Shown: positions 46,615 through 56,000 of the stretch, one piece after another
How the letters are laid out: each line of letters starts with the position of its first letter
Numbering within the stretch: the stretch's first letter is position 1
Assembly: GCA_964521105.1 (NCBI GenBank)
Contig: CAZFPO010000003.1
Coordinates: 5,012-69,011 of the forward strand
Length of the DNA: 64,000 nt
Source: an uncultured Lentimicrobiaceae bacterium
GTDB lineage: Bacteria; Bacteroidota; Bacteroidia; Bacteroidales; WCHB1-69
Direction of reading: 5' to 3'
The notes under the pieces: model-generated
The model's input: the letters and a program-made list of their open reading frames with translations, nothing else
Database searches by the model: none
Told to the model about the DNA's origin: nothing
Translations under genes and position numbers: made by a program

Positions 46615-48435
46615 ATGCCAAATTGGTTACCAATTACCTTAAAAGAATTTGAAAAATTAGGATGGACACAAGCAGATGTTATATTAATTAGTGGTGATGC
46701 TTATGTTGACCACCCTTCTTTTGGTGCTGCTATCATTGGAAGATGGATAGAGTTTTTAGGTTATAAAGTAGCAATTATACCTCAACCAAATTGGCGAGAT
46801 GACTTACGCGATTTTAGAAAATTTGGGGCTCCAAAACTCTTTTTTGGCGTAACATCGGGCAATATGGATTCGATGGTTAATCATTATACTGCGTTTAAAC
46901 GACTACGTTCGGATGATGCCTATACTCCGGGCGGAATTGCTGGGTTTAGACCCGATTATGCCACCGAAGTTTATACTAAAATTTTAAAATCACTTTATCC
47001 CGAAGTTCCAGTTATAATTGGAGGAGTTGAGGCATCGATGCGAAGATTAACACATTACGACTATTGGTCTGATTCGATAAAACCATCAATTTTAGAAAGT
47101 AGTGGTGCCGACATGCTTGTATATGGAATGGGTGAGATTACCATAAAAAACATTTTAGAAAAACTTTCTAAAGGGATTTCCATAAATGAAATAAACGACC
47201 TCCCTCAAACCGCTATAATTAGGCATAAATCAAAACTTGAAAAATACACTAATTTTATTTCACTACCTTCCAATGAAGCATGTTTTAAATCAAAACAAGA
47301 ATTTGCAAAATCATTCACTTTGTTTGAAACAGAAAGTCATAAATTGAATGCCAAGGGATTAATTCAACCACATGGTGATTTTGCAGTAGTAGTAAATCCA
47401 CCTTTGCCACCACCGAGTGAAAAAGAGATGGATTCGTTTTACGATTTATCGTTCACTCGCTTACCTCATCCAAAATATTTAAAAAGAGGCATCATTCCAG
47501 CGTGGGAAATGATAAAAAATTCGATTACAATTCATCGAGGTTGTTTTGGTGGCTGCAGTTTTTGTGCTATTTCGGCACATCAAGGAAAATTTATTTCAAG
47601 TCGTTCGGAAAATTCTATTTTAAATGAAATAGCAATAATTTCTGAAGATAAAAATTTTTCCGGTCATATTACCGATTTAGGTGGTCCTTCGGCAAATATG
47701 TTTAAAATGAAAGGATTAAACCTTGCTATTTGTGAAAAATGCAGTCGTCCATCCTGCTTGTTTCCAAACGTTTGCAAAAATCTTTGTACCGATCATTCTT
47801 CTTTAATTCAATTGTATAAAAAATCGTCGGAAGTTAAGGGAATTAAAAAAATCACCATAGGAAGTGGAATTCGTTATGACTTATTTATTAATCGACCCGT
47901 GGAAGAAAATTTGAAATATAAGCATTTTGAATACTTTGAAACGTTGGTTAAAAATCATGTTTCGGGAAGATTAAAAGTAGCTCCAGAAAATACAGAAGAT
48001 AGTGTTTTGAAGTTAATGAGAAAACCCAGTATTTTATTATATGAAGCCTTAAACAAACAATTTTTAAAAATCAACTCCAAGTATAATTTGAATTATCAAT
48101 TGATTCCATATTTAATATCAAATTATCCAGGTAGTAGTTTTGATGATTTGGTAAACATGACTTTATGGCTTAAAAAAAACGACATAAGGCCTGAGCAAAT
48201 TCAAGATTTCACACCAACACCCATGACTTATTCAACCACTGTTTACTATTGTGGATTTGATCCATATACACATAAAAAAGTTAATATTTTAAAAGATGTA
48301 GGTGAACGAAAAAAAAATCAAATATTGTTTTTTTATTACAAAAAGGAAAATAAGCAAGCTATAACAAACATATTACTGAAGCATAACAGAGGGAATGTAA
48401 TAAAAAAAATCACTACTGACCGATTAAAAGTTTAA
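46615..48435 (+). CDS. ygiQ: YgiQ family radical SAM protein
   Basis: LISGDAYVDHPSFG N-terminal motif and radical-SAM cluster CFGGCSFC. I chose the ATG at 46615 over the TTG at 46588. Confidence 0.85.
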   Translation: MPNWLPITLKEFEKLGWTQADVILISGDAYVDHPSFGAAIIGRWIEFLGYKVAIIPQPNWRDDLRDFRKFGAPKLFFGVTSGNMDSMVNHYTAFKRLRSDDAYTPGGIAGFRPDYATEVYTKILKSLYPEVPVIIGGVEASMRRLTHYDYWSDSIKPSILESSGADMLVYGMGEITIKNILEKLSKGISINEINDLPQTAIIRHKSKLEKYTNFISLPSNEACFKSKQEFAKSFTLFETESHKLNAKGLIQPHGDFAVVVNPPLPPPSEKEMDSFYDLSFTRLPHPKYLKRGIIPAWEMIKNSITIHRGCFGGCSFCAISAHQGKFISSRSENSILNEIAIISEDKNFSGHITDLGGPSANMFKMKGLNLAICEKCSRPSCLFPNVCKNLCTDHSSLIQLYKKSSEVKGIKKITIGSGIRYDLFINRPVEENLKYKHFEYFETLVKNHVSGRLKVAPENTEDSVLKLMRKPSILLYEALNKQFLKINSKYNLNYQLIPYLISNYPGSSFDDLVNMTLWLKKNDIRPEQIQDFTPTPMTYSTTVYYCGFDPYTHKKVNILKDVGERKKNQILFFYYKKENKQAITNILLKHNRGNVIKKITTDRLKV

Positions 48436-49113
48436 AACCTCCTTCGGCGGTTAAAATTCATCTCCGTCAGCCGACGGATACCAATGACAGAATTCGGCAT
48501 CTACCTCATTTACAACTCATTAATAATTCTCAAATCAACAGTTCTTTCTCATGTTTTTCAATAATTTAATGTGATTTTTTCTTCGTTTAGATTTTTATTT
48601 TTCTTTTTTATCTACTAGCCTTATTTTGGCATTAAATTTAAATTTTTTCACGCCCTTAAGCCGGGCAGGCTCATACTTTTTTTCATTGCCAAAAAAAGTA
48701 AGCAAAAAAAGCTAGGCAAAACTAATGCTTCCACCCGCCCTGATAAAACAAAAGAAATTCAAGAAAAGTAGTCAAATCAAAAAACGCCACCACTATATCC
48801 TTTTATAGGTTTTTTGTTTGAGACGCAAGCGCCTTTTCCGAATTTCTAATTGTTTTATCATTCACGCCATCGTCTTGCCGCTCCGCCAGCTGGCGGATTG
48901 CCATTGCCACCGCACGAGTTTAGCAGTTTTAGTATTTATAGATTTTAAAGGAGTCCTCTCTGCCGTTCGGTTGTATCTATTTGATTACGCTATCGCGGTG
49001 TGTTCCTAAGTTTATATATACTTGTAAGCAACAATTTTTCAAACTGTCATCAAATCTTTATTTTCAAAATTTTGAATATCTTCTCTGAATGACAAGGCTT
49101 TTGGTGAATTCAG

Positions 49114-49164
49114 TAGGATAATGGGTTGGTTGGCGACGGAGTCGCCAACCAACCCATTATCCTA
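49114..49164. repeat. perfect 24-bp-stem palindrome with 3-nt loop
   Basis: taggataatgggttggttggcgac (49114..49137), gga, gtcgccaaccaacccattatccta (49141..49164). It is nested inside the 8-bp inverted repeat gaatgaca (49087..49094) / tgtcattc (49181..49188). Confidence 0.9.
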
Positions 49165-49180
49165 AGTGTAACTAACTGAT

Positions 49181-49207
49181 TGTCATTCCGAACGCAGTGA
49201 GGAATCT
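49181..49207. repeat. REP-like hairpin tgtcattccgaacgcagtgaggaatct
   Basis: attcc/ggaat stem with an 11-nt loop. From memory it resembles the cattccgagcgaagcgaggaat-type intergenic repeats common in Bacteroidota. Not verified. Confidence 0.4.
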
Positions 49208-49313
49208 TTTAAAATATATGTTTTTATTTATTTAATGGGTCAGTAGTGAAAAAAAATATTTAATTTTAAACAACATTAATTTTATCAACTTTTTGTATTT
49301 ATAAAATAAACCG

Positions 49314-49321
49314 TACTTTTG
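49314..49321 (+). promoter_or_regulatory. -7 box TACTTTTG (FKBP isomerase gene)
   Basis: TAnnTTTG match 20 nt upstream of the ATG at 49341. Confidence 0.5.
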
Positions 49322-49340
49322 CGAAAATAAAAAAATCATT

Positions 49341-50033
49341 ATGAAAAAAATAATTGTAAGCATTTTTAGCATTATTTTAATTACAGGGTCTATAGTGGCT
49401 CAAAATAATAAAACAAAAACCAATGTGATGAAAAATGAAAAAGACAGCATCAGCTATTTATTAGGAAATGAAGTTGGTAACTATTACCGAACAAACGACA
49501 TCGAAATTATCCAAGATATTTTTATTGAAGGTTTAATTGATGGATTACAAAATAAAGGGAAGATGGACGATCAAACAAAACAAAAAGTGATGGCTCAATT
49601 CCAAATTATTCAACAAGAAAAATCAAACAAACAATTACAAATCATAAAAGACAAGGGCAAACAGTTTTTAGAAAATAACAAAAAAAATCCTGATGTAAAA
49701 GTAACAGCAAGTGGTTTACAATACAAGGTATTACGAGCAGCTAATGGAGTTTCGCCCAATGTAAACGATAAGGTAAAAGTACATTATCATGGCACCTTAA
49801 TCGATGGAACTGTGTTCGACTCATCGGTTGAACGTGGCGAGCCTATTGTTTTTGGATTAAACCAAGTTATTAAAGGCTGGACAGAAGGCTTACAGTTGAT
49901 GAAAACTGGTGAAAAATTTATTTTTTACATACCTTCTGAATTAGGATATGGTGATAGAGCTGCTGGTCCAAAAATTCCAGGTGGATCCACTTTGATTTTT
50001 GAGGTAGAGCTTTTTGAAGTAAACCCAAAATAA
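49341..50033 (+). CDS. FKBP-type peptidyl-prolyl cis-trans isomerase (FkpA/Mip-like), secreted
   Basis: Signal peptide, N-terminal dimerisation-helix region, and FKBP core GLQYKVL..G..P...D.V.VHYHGTLIDGTVFDSS..RGEP..F.L..VIKGWTEGLQLM..G.K....IP..LGYG. Confidence 0.85.
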   Translation: MKKIIVSIFSIILITGSIVAQNNKTKTNVMKNEKDSISYLLGNEVGNYYRTNDIEIIQDIFIEGLIDGLQNKGKMDDQTKQKVMAQFQIIQQEKSNKQLQIIKDKGKQFLENNKKNPDVKVTASGLQYKVLRAANGVSPNVNDKVKVHYHGTLIDGTVFDSSVERGEPIVFGLNQVIKGWTEGLQLMKTGEKFIFYIPSELGYGDRAAGPKIPGGSTLIFEVELFEVNPK

Positions 50034-50049
50034 GATATTAAATTTTGAT

Positions 50050-50085
50050 AAAAAAAGCCAAATTAATTAATTTGGCTTTTTTTGT
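50050..50085 (+). terminator. rho-independent terminator of the FKBP gene
   Basis: agccaaattaa/ttaatttggct stem followed by a T-run. Confidence 0.65.
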
Positions 50086-50159
50086 TTTACAAAGTTTGAT
50101 TAACAACTACTTGTGGAATACTATTTTAAAAAGTTGATTTAGGAGTATGGCTAAATGTA

Positions 50160-50167
50160 TATTTTTG
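50160..50167 (+). promoter_or_regulatory. -7 box TATTTTTG (envC-like gene)
   Basis: TAnnTTTG match 24 nt upstream of the ATG at 50191 and inside the longer track ORF. Confidence 0.5.
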
Positions 50168-50190
50168 TACTAAATTGTGAAAAGCAGCTC

Positions 50191-51462
50191 ATGAACAAGA
50201 AAATTTTTAATCTATTTATTTCGTTTATTATACTAAATTTCATCTTAGTTTCATCGGTTTTTTCGCAAACAAAAGAAGAATTACAGCGTCAAAAAAAACT
50301 CATTGAAAACGAGATTCGGTACACAAATAAATTACTCAAGGAGACGAAAAAAAATCAAAAAGCATCTACTAATCAAATTGTTCTTTTAAAAAAGAAAATT
50401 GAACAACGTGAAAAACTGATTGAAACCATTTCAAAGGAATTGAATTCGTTAGATGAAGAAATAGTTGGAAACACCCAAACCATCGAAAGCCTTAATTCTC
50501 AGCTTAAAAAGCTAAAAGAAGAATATGCAAAGATGATTTATTATGCCTATAAAAACAGGAAAAATTACGATAGATTAATGTTCGTATTATCCTCAGATAA
50601 CTTTAATCAAGCCTATCGTCGAATACGATATTTTCAGCTTTATTCTTCATATCGAATGCGTCAAGTTTCGTTAATAAATGAAACTCAGGAATCGATAAAA
50701 AGCAAAAATAACGAACTTGAACAATTTAAAAATCAAAAAGTTGGATTATTAACCACCCAACAAACTGAAAAAAGTAAACTTACGAAAGAGCAAGCAAACA
50801 AAAATAAAACCTTAACCGAATTAAATAAAAAAGAAAAAGAGCTCCGTCAAACACTGCAAGAAAAAGAAAAAGCAAGTAGAGATTTGCAAAATGCTATTTC
50901 AAATATTATTGCGGAGGAAATTCGCAAAGCAGAAGCCAAAAGGGTTGCTACCGATAAGAAAAACAATAAACGTCCTCCGACCACGAACAAAACGAACAAA
51001 ACAAATACGGTCAACAAAATCTCGATGACTCCGGAAGAGAAAGATTTAGCAAACAGTTTTTCGGCAAACAAAGGTAAATTACCTTGGCCCCTCGAAAAAG
51101 GAGTAATTAGTTCAAACTTTGGGGAGCATCCGCATCCTGTTTTAACAGGTGTTGTTATAAAAAATAATGGCATTGACATTTCAACAAGCCGAGGGGCTTC
51201 GGTAAGAGCGATATTTAACGGTGTGGTTTCGGGTGTGGTAACTCTTCCTAATGGAACAAAAGCTATTATAATTCGGCATGGCGACTATTTATCGGTTTAT
51301 GCCAATTTGGCTACATCAAGTGTTCATAGCAACGACAGGGTAAAAACAAAGCAAAATATTGGAACTGTTTCGACAGATGAAGACGATGGCAAAACGGAAC
51401 TTCATTTTGAGTTATGGCAAAATAAAACATTGCTTAACCCAAATTCGTGGATTGCAAAATAA
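50191..51462 (+). CDS. EnvC-like murein hydrolase activator (coiled coil + degenerate LytM/M23 domain)
   Basis: Signal peptide from the ATG at 50191, a long coiled coil, and a C-terminal M23 fold in which the HxxxD and HxH metal ligands read NNGID and ELHFE. Confidence 0.75.
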   Translation: MNKKIFNLFISFIILNFILVSSVFSQTKEELQRQKKLIENEIRYTNKLLKETKKNQKASTNQIVLLKKKIEQREKLIETISKELNSLDEEIVGNTQTIESLNSQLKKLKEEYAKMIYYAYKNRKNYDRLMFVLSSDNFNQAYRRIRYFQLYSSYRMRQVSLINETQESIKSKNNELEQFKNQKVGLLTTQQTEKSKLTKEQANKNKTLTELNKKEKELRQTLQEKEKASRDLQNAISNIIAEEIRKAEAKRVATDKKNNKRPPTTNKTNKTNTVNKISMTPEEKDLANSFSANKGKLPWPLEKGVISSNFGEHPHPVLTGVVIKNNGIDISTSRGASVRAIFNGVVSGVVTLPNGTKAIIIRHGDYLSVYANLATSSVHSNDRVKTKQNIGTVSTDEDDGKTELHFELWQNKTLLNPNSWIAK

Positions 51463-51472
51463 TAAGGTTAAA

Positions 51473-52141
51473 TTAGTACGATTTTAAAGTTCTTTCTATA
51501 TGATACTTCACATTTATTGGAGTACAAGAATTTTCTCCATAATCAACTTTTATTTCACCTATTTCATTCATAATTTCTATGACTATTAGTCCAAGCTCAC
51601 TACTTCTTTTCCCAAAATTGTATAAGGCTGTAATCATTGCATCTTTTACAAAGTTTTCTTCTTTAACAATTGATTTTAATATGTTTTCAATGGCAAGATA
51701 AAAGAAATCGTCATTATGTTTTTTATTTCTAGCACAATATCCAAGTGTTAAATACCCACATCTTCTAAGGTTTGTATTTGATGAATCAATCCACTTATAC
51801 GCTAGGTTTTCAACACTTTGAACTTTTGACAAAAATCTTTTACAAAGGAAATGCGAAATAATCCAAACGTTATTGCGTGAAGCAATTTGTGTTAGTTCAT
51901 CTTCCGAAAACATATTTGGTTCGAACAACAAACAAGCAAACATACGAGCTTCAAGATAATCTGAGTTCCACAAATCAATAGCTAAAATATTATTTTTAGG
52001 AATACTTTTGGCTAGCTTTTCAATTTTCCCTATGTGTACCCCAAAACAATTCAAGTTATTATCTTTCATTCGTTTATAAATGGTTGCCGATTGTTTAGTA
52101 CCATTAGCTTGAAGTAAAGACAAAGCAAATTCGAGGTTCAT
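51473..52141 (-). CDS. DNA alkylation repair protein (AlkD-like HEAT-repeat family), tentative
   Basis: ~220-aa all-helical protein whose pattern (..IYKRMK....FGV.IGKIEKLAK.....LA.DLW.S.Y.EARMFA..L) resembles PF08713 members. The first ATG is at 52141 (the track start is a TTG). Confidence 0.45.
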   Translation of the reverse strand: MNLEFALSLLQANGTKQSATIYKRMKDNNLNCFGVHIGKIEKLAKSIPKNNILAIDLWNSDYLEARMFACLLFEPNMFSEDELTQIASRNNVWIISHFLCKRFLSKVQSVENLAYKWIDSSNTNLRRCGYLTLGYCARNKKHNDDFFYLAIENILKSIVKEENFVKDAMITALYNFGKRSSELGLIVIEIMNEIGEIKVDYGENSCTPINVKYHIERTLKSY

Positions 52142-52156
52142 CAAATGATGATTTTA

Positions 52157-53002
52157 TTATTTGAGCGATTTAATTTTATCCACAATTTTATCAGCTAACC
52201 TACTGGCACCAAACCTTAAAAGTTTATTGTTTAGCCATTCTTTTCCCAAAATTGTTTCTACTAATTTGATATAAATAAGGCTACCTTCGGCATCGGCAAT
52301 ACCACCAGCAGGTTTAATTCCGATTTTAACGCCCGTTTTATCGTAATGATTTTTGATGGCTAATAGCATCACATACATTGCTTCGGGGGTTGCATTTACA
52401 GCGACTTTACCAGTAGACGTTTTAATAAAATCAGCTCCAGCATTTATAGCCATTTCAGAAGCTTTATAGATGTTTTCGGGAGTAATTAATTCGCCTGTTT
52501 CAAGAATAACCTTTAAGTGTTTCTTTCCACATGCCATTTTAATGGCTTTAATTTCATCAATTACTTTTGTGTAATCACCCACTAAAAAAGAACCTCTCGA
52601 AATAACCATATCCACTTCATCGGCACCTTGTTCCACCGCATATTTTACTTCGGCAACTTTAACATGTATTGGCGATTGTCCTGCTGGAAAAGCTCCCGCT
52701 ACACATGCAACTTTTAATCCTTTTCCAGCAAGCGTTTGTTTTGCTGTTTTGATAAAAACAGGATATATGCAAACGGCAGCTGTATTTGGAATATCTTGAC
52801 TTAAAGACGAAAAACCAGATGCTTTATTACACAACTCAATAACTCGTTGATGCGTATCTGAACCCTCAAGTGTTGTTAAGTCGATACAATTAAGTACCAG
52901 TTGATATGCTTGTTTTTCGGTTAAATATTTTAAGGGTTGATTAGAAATTTCAACTATTTTTTTTGAAATTACTACTTGTGTTAAGTCTTTTTCTGTTATC
53001 AT
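52157..53002 (-). CDS. deoC: deoxyribose-phosphate aldolase (long form)
   Basis: Class I aldolase motifs VDMVI and the Schiff-base lysine context GADFIKTSTGK. Confidence 0.85.
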   Translation of the reverse strand: MITEKDLTQVVISKKIVEISNQPLKYLTEKQAYQLVLNCIDLTTLEGSDTHQRVIELCNKASGFSSLSQDIPNTAAVCIYPVFIKTAKQTLAGKGLKVACVAGAFPAGQSPIHVKVAEVKYAVEQGADEVDMVISRGSFLVGDYTKVIDEIKAIKMACGKKHLKVILETGELITPENIYKASEMAINAGADFIKTSTGKVAVNATPEAMYVMLLAIKNHYDKTGVKIGIKPAGGIADAEGSLIYIKLVETILGKEWLNNKLLRFGASRLADKIVDKIKSLK

Positions 53003-53012
53003 TTTTTTGTTT

Positions 53013-56000
53013 TTATCTAATTAATACCATTTTACCAAACTCTTTTACAAAATATTTTGATGCTCCTGTACTTTTCTTTTCAATTTGTTCGCCTTGAATA
53101 TTTGTAATTATTCGGTACAAATATACACCATTTGCCAATTGGTCGCCAAACTCATCTTTACCATCCCAAGCATAATCGGTAATATTTCGACCAATATGAA
53201 TATTTCCAAGCTCCGAAAGATCAATTTCGCGAACTAATTTACCCGAAATCGTCATTATTTGAATCTTAAAATAGGTTGGTGTTTCGGAGCCTGTTAGTGT
53301 AAACACAAATTTAGTAGAAGTTGAAAATGGATTGGGCCAATTCATCACTTCGGTTATGGTTGATTTATTAATTACCTCAAATGAAATTGAATATTTATTA
53401 CTCCCCGATAAATTTCCGGACTTATCCATTCCCTCCACCATCATTTTATAAGTTCCATCAACAGCAAAAGAGGCGTTGTAAATTATATGCGATTTGTTTT
53501 TATTATTAGCTGGAATAAACTGCATTATAGTTTTTACGCCATCATAAAATGGGATTCTTTTATACTCAGTTTCGCCAGGAGCCATTATTTGAACTCTAAA
53601 TAACGCCGTGTCTTGGATACTATTTAAAAGTAAATATTGATTTTCATCTTTTAGTGTAATTTGAATTTGTGGTTTAGCCGAAACAATATCATTGTTTAAA
53701 ATATGAACACCATCAAAGGTTACGTCCATAATTGGATTTATTCGGTCGGGATTAACATTAAAATAAAATTCGGCAATATTGTTAAAATGATACATTTCAA
53801 CCTGGTCGTTATTAGGGTTAAATTCAACTTGAAGCGTGTTGTAACCAATCATATCAATTGATGAAATTGAAACATTAGCCGTTAAAATATCACTTACGGG
53901 GTGAGTTCGAAGTCTTTTAAAAATTGTCCGAATAGGGATATTGTCTTTAATTACTCTAAACACCACTAATAAGCTATCCATATTTGACGAGCCAATGTTT
54001 CGGGTTGAAATTGACAATTTAACCGAATCGCCTTGATTAATATTTTCGCTCGAAAAGCTAAAAGCAACACTAGGGTCAATGGCGGTTTCGGGAGCTGGAT
54101 CGAAAACAACGTGCCATCTTACCAACTGTGTAGGAGTTGTATGCACAATATCTTTAGCAAATAATTTTAATTTTAGATATGGAAATTGATGAACATCAAT
54201 TCTGTCGGATAAATTATATAAATCTAAGGTGTCGGTAGTTAAATTTTCGATTAAAACGGTTTCTTCGCCCGAATTATTTATTCCGATTACTCTTAACGAA
54301 ACTTCATCGGTATTAGGGTTTTCTATACTTTGAGTTCGCCAATGAAGACTTCCCCAACTTAACGCAGGACCAATAATTTCGGAAGTTATACTCCCCTCAT
54401 CCCAATTTGTCGAATATTGAGCATTTAAGTGAATTATTTGTGTTTCGTTTCCAGCAACTGCTTCCACCACCGAAGGATCGCCAATGGGAACGCCTTTTCT
54501 TCCAAAAATAATATATGGATTATTCCATTGTAGTGTTCGAATTTGAGTACTTCCAAACGATTCAAATGCTTGATATAAGGCTTCGGGATAGTCAAACGCA
54601 TAATGATTGCGATGGCTCATTGCCAAAACGTAATAGCCATTTGGAATTGAATTTAAATAATTTAATAAACTATCTTTATTCGCTGGCGTTACGGCTTGAA
54701 AATCGGCGGCAGGAACAGGATATGACTTACAAATAGCTTGTCCTCGCATGCCAATACTATCCGGATTCAACCAAAAGTCGCCCGAAATAGGATTAATCAC
54801 CGCTATTTTCATCCCATTACCCGTATTGCTTAAACACGACCATTGATCCTGCACTAATCCATTAACCCTAAACCATATTTCGGTCCAAGGCATACCGTAA
54901 CCAAAATAGCCCGTTTGAGCCGTTAAGGCTTTAATATCTTGAGCAAATTCAAATTTTCGTTGTGGTTTGTTGTATTTAACAAATTGGTAATCATCATTTT
55001 TAAACTGAAAAAAATGAGCTTGTCCCCAACCACGTTTACCATTTATGTATTGAAACGAGCTTTCTCGCCAGTTATTTGTGCTTGTTTTTTCAACTCGCCA
55101 ATAATATACGGTCGAATCCGTCAAAATAAATGGTAACGCCCACTCCACGATTCCACCCGATGATTGTACCGAAAACTGTTTTTTAAAAGGACTATTAAAA
55201 GCATCGGTTGTATCAATTTCAAACGAGTAACTTCCAACAGTAGTAAAAACACTACCAGTTGATGCTTTAAGTGTTGTTTGAGCATCGGGAATAACCGCAT
55301 ATTTGTATGGATAAACTGGAATTATATCAGACGAAGAAACTAAAAACTGAATAACCGCTATATTGTTGTTTTCGTTGTATTCATCAACTTCGTTGTAATC
55401 ATCTAGCGAAACCCTTAGAGAGTTATTTCCAATACCATTTAAACGGTCAACGGGAAGTTTAATAATAATTGTATCACTGAACAGAGGTGCTTTAATTCGC
55501 AACAAAGTATCTTTCGAAATATTGTTTGGAAATGTTCGAGTTACCTTAACTAAAATAGAGTCGTTAATGGCTCGAGCAATATTTTTACTTACAATAGTTA
55601 CTTTAAAGCTATCTACTTCGGTAGTAATATTAGTTGGGTTAAAGGAAATATAATTTGGCTCCACAACATAATCGGGTTTTTCAAACGAATTTAAAACAAT
55701 GGCTGGGTCGCCATGGTAAGTCATATCTAAACTAGTTTCTTTAATCCAAGTCAGTGGTTCGAGGTTTTTTATTGTTTGCTGGATGATATAACCCAAGGGC
55801 TTTCGATAACACAAATTTCCAAAATTTCGATAAAACATGTTGGCATAACTATTCATGTAAACATCACTGGCAGAGCTAACCGAAGCTAAGTATGCAATAG
55901 TTCCTTTATTTGCAATTAAAACAAATTCTTCGCTAGAACTACCCCTATCATAATTAACACCGGAAGTAAAAAGATCGCCAGCAAAGCACGAAAGCCCAAT

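Noticed and set aside
48640-48750. Segment cacgcccttaagccgggcaggctcatactttttttcattgccaaaaaaagtaagcaaaaaaagctagg... resembling repeat-derived pseudo-ORFs I recall from other Bacteroidota genomes
   Set aside because: The resemblance rests only on memory and cannot be verified without a search. It is folded into the broader finding on the non-coding stretch rather than called as a named repeat family.
48818-49009. Track ORF 48818..49009 (+), 63 aa, the only ORF in the non-coding stretch
   Set aside because: It starts at a non-ATG codon, runs through GC-rich palindromes (ccgccagctggcgg), and has an arbitrary-looking Cys/Arg/Leu-rich composition. It has no promoter box and is treated as non-coding.
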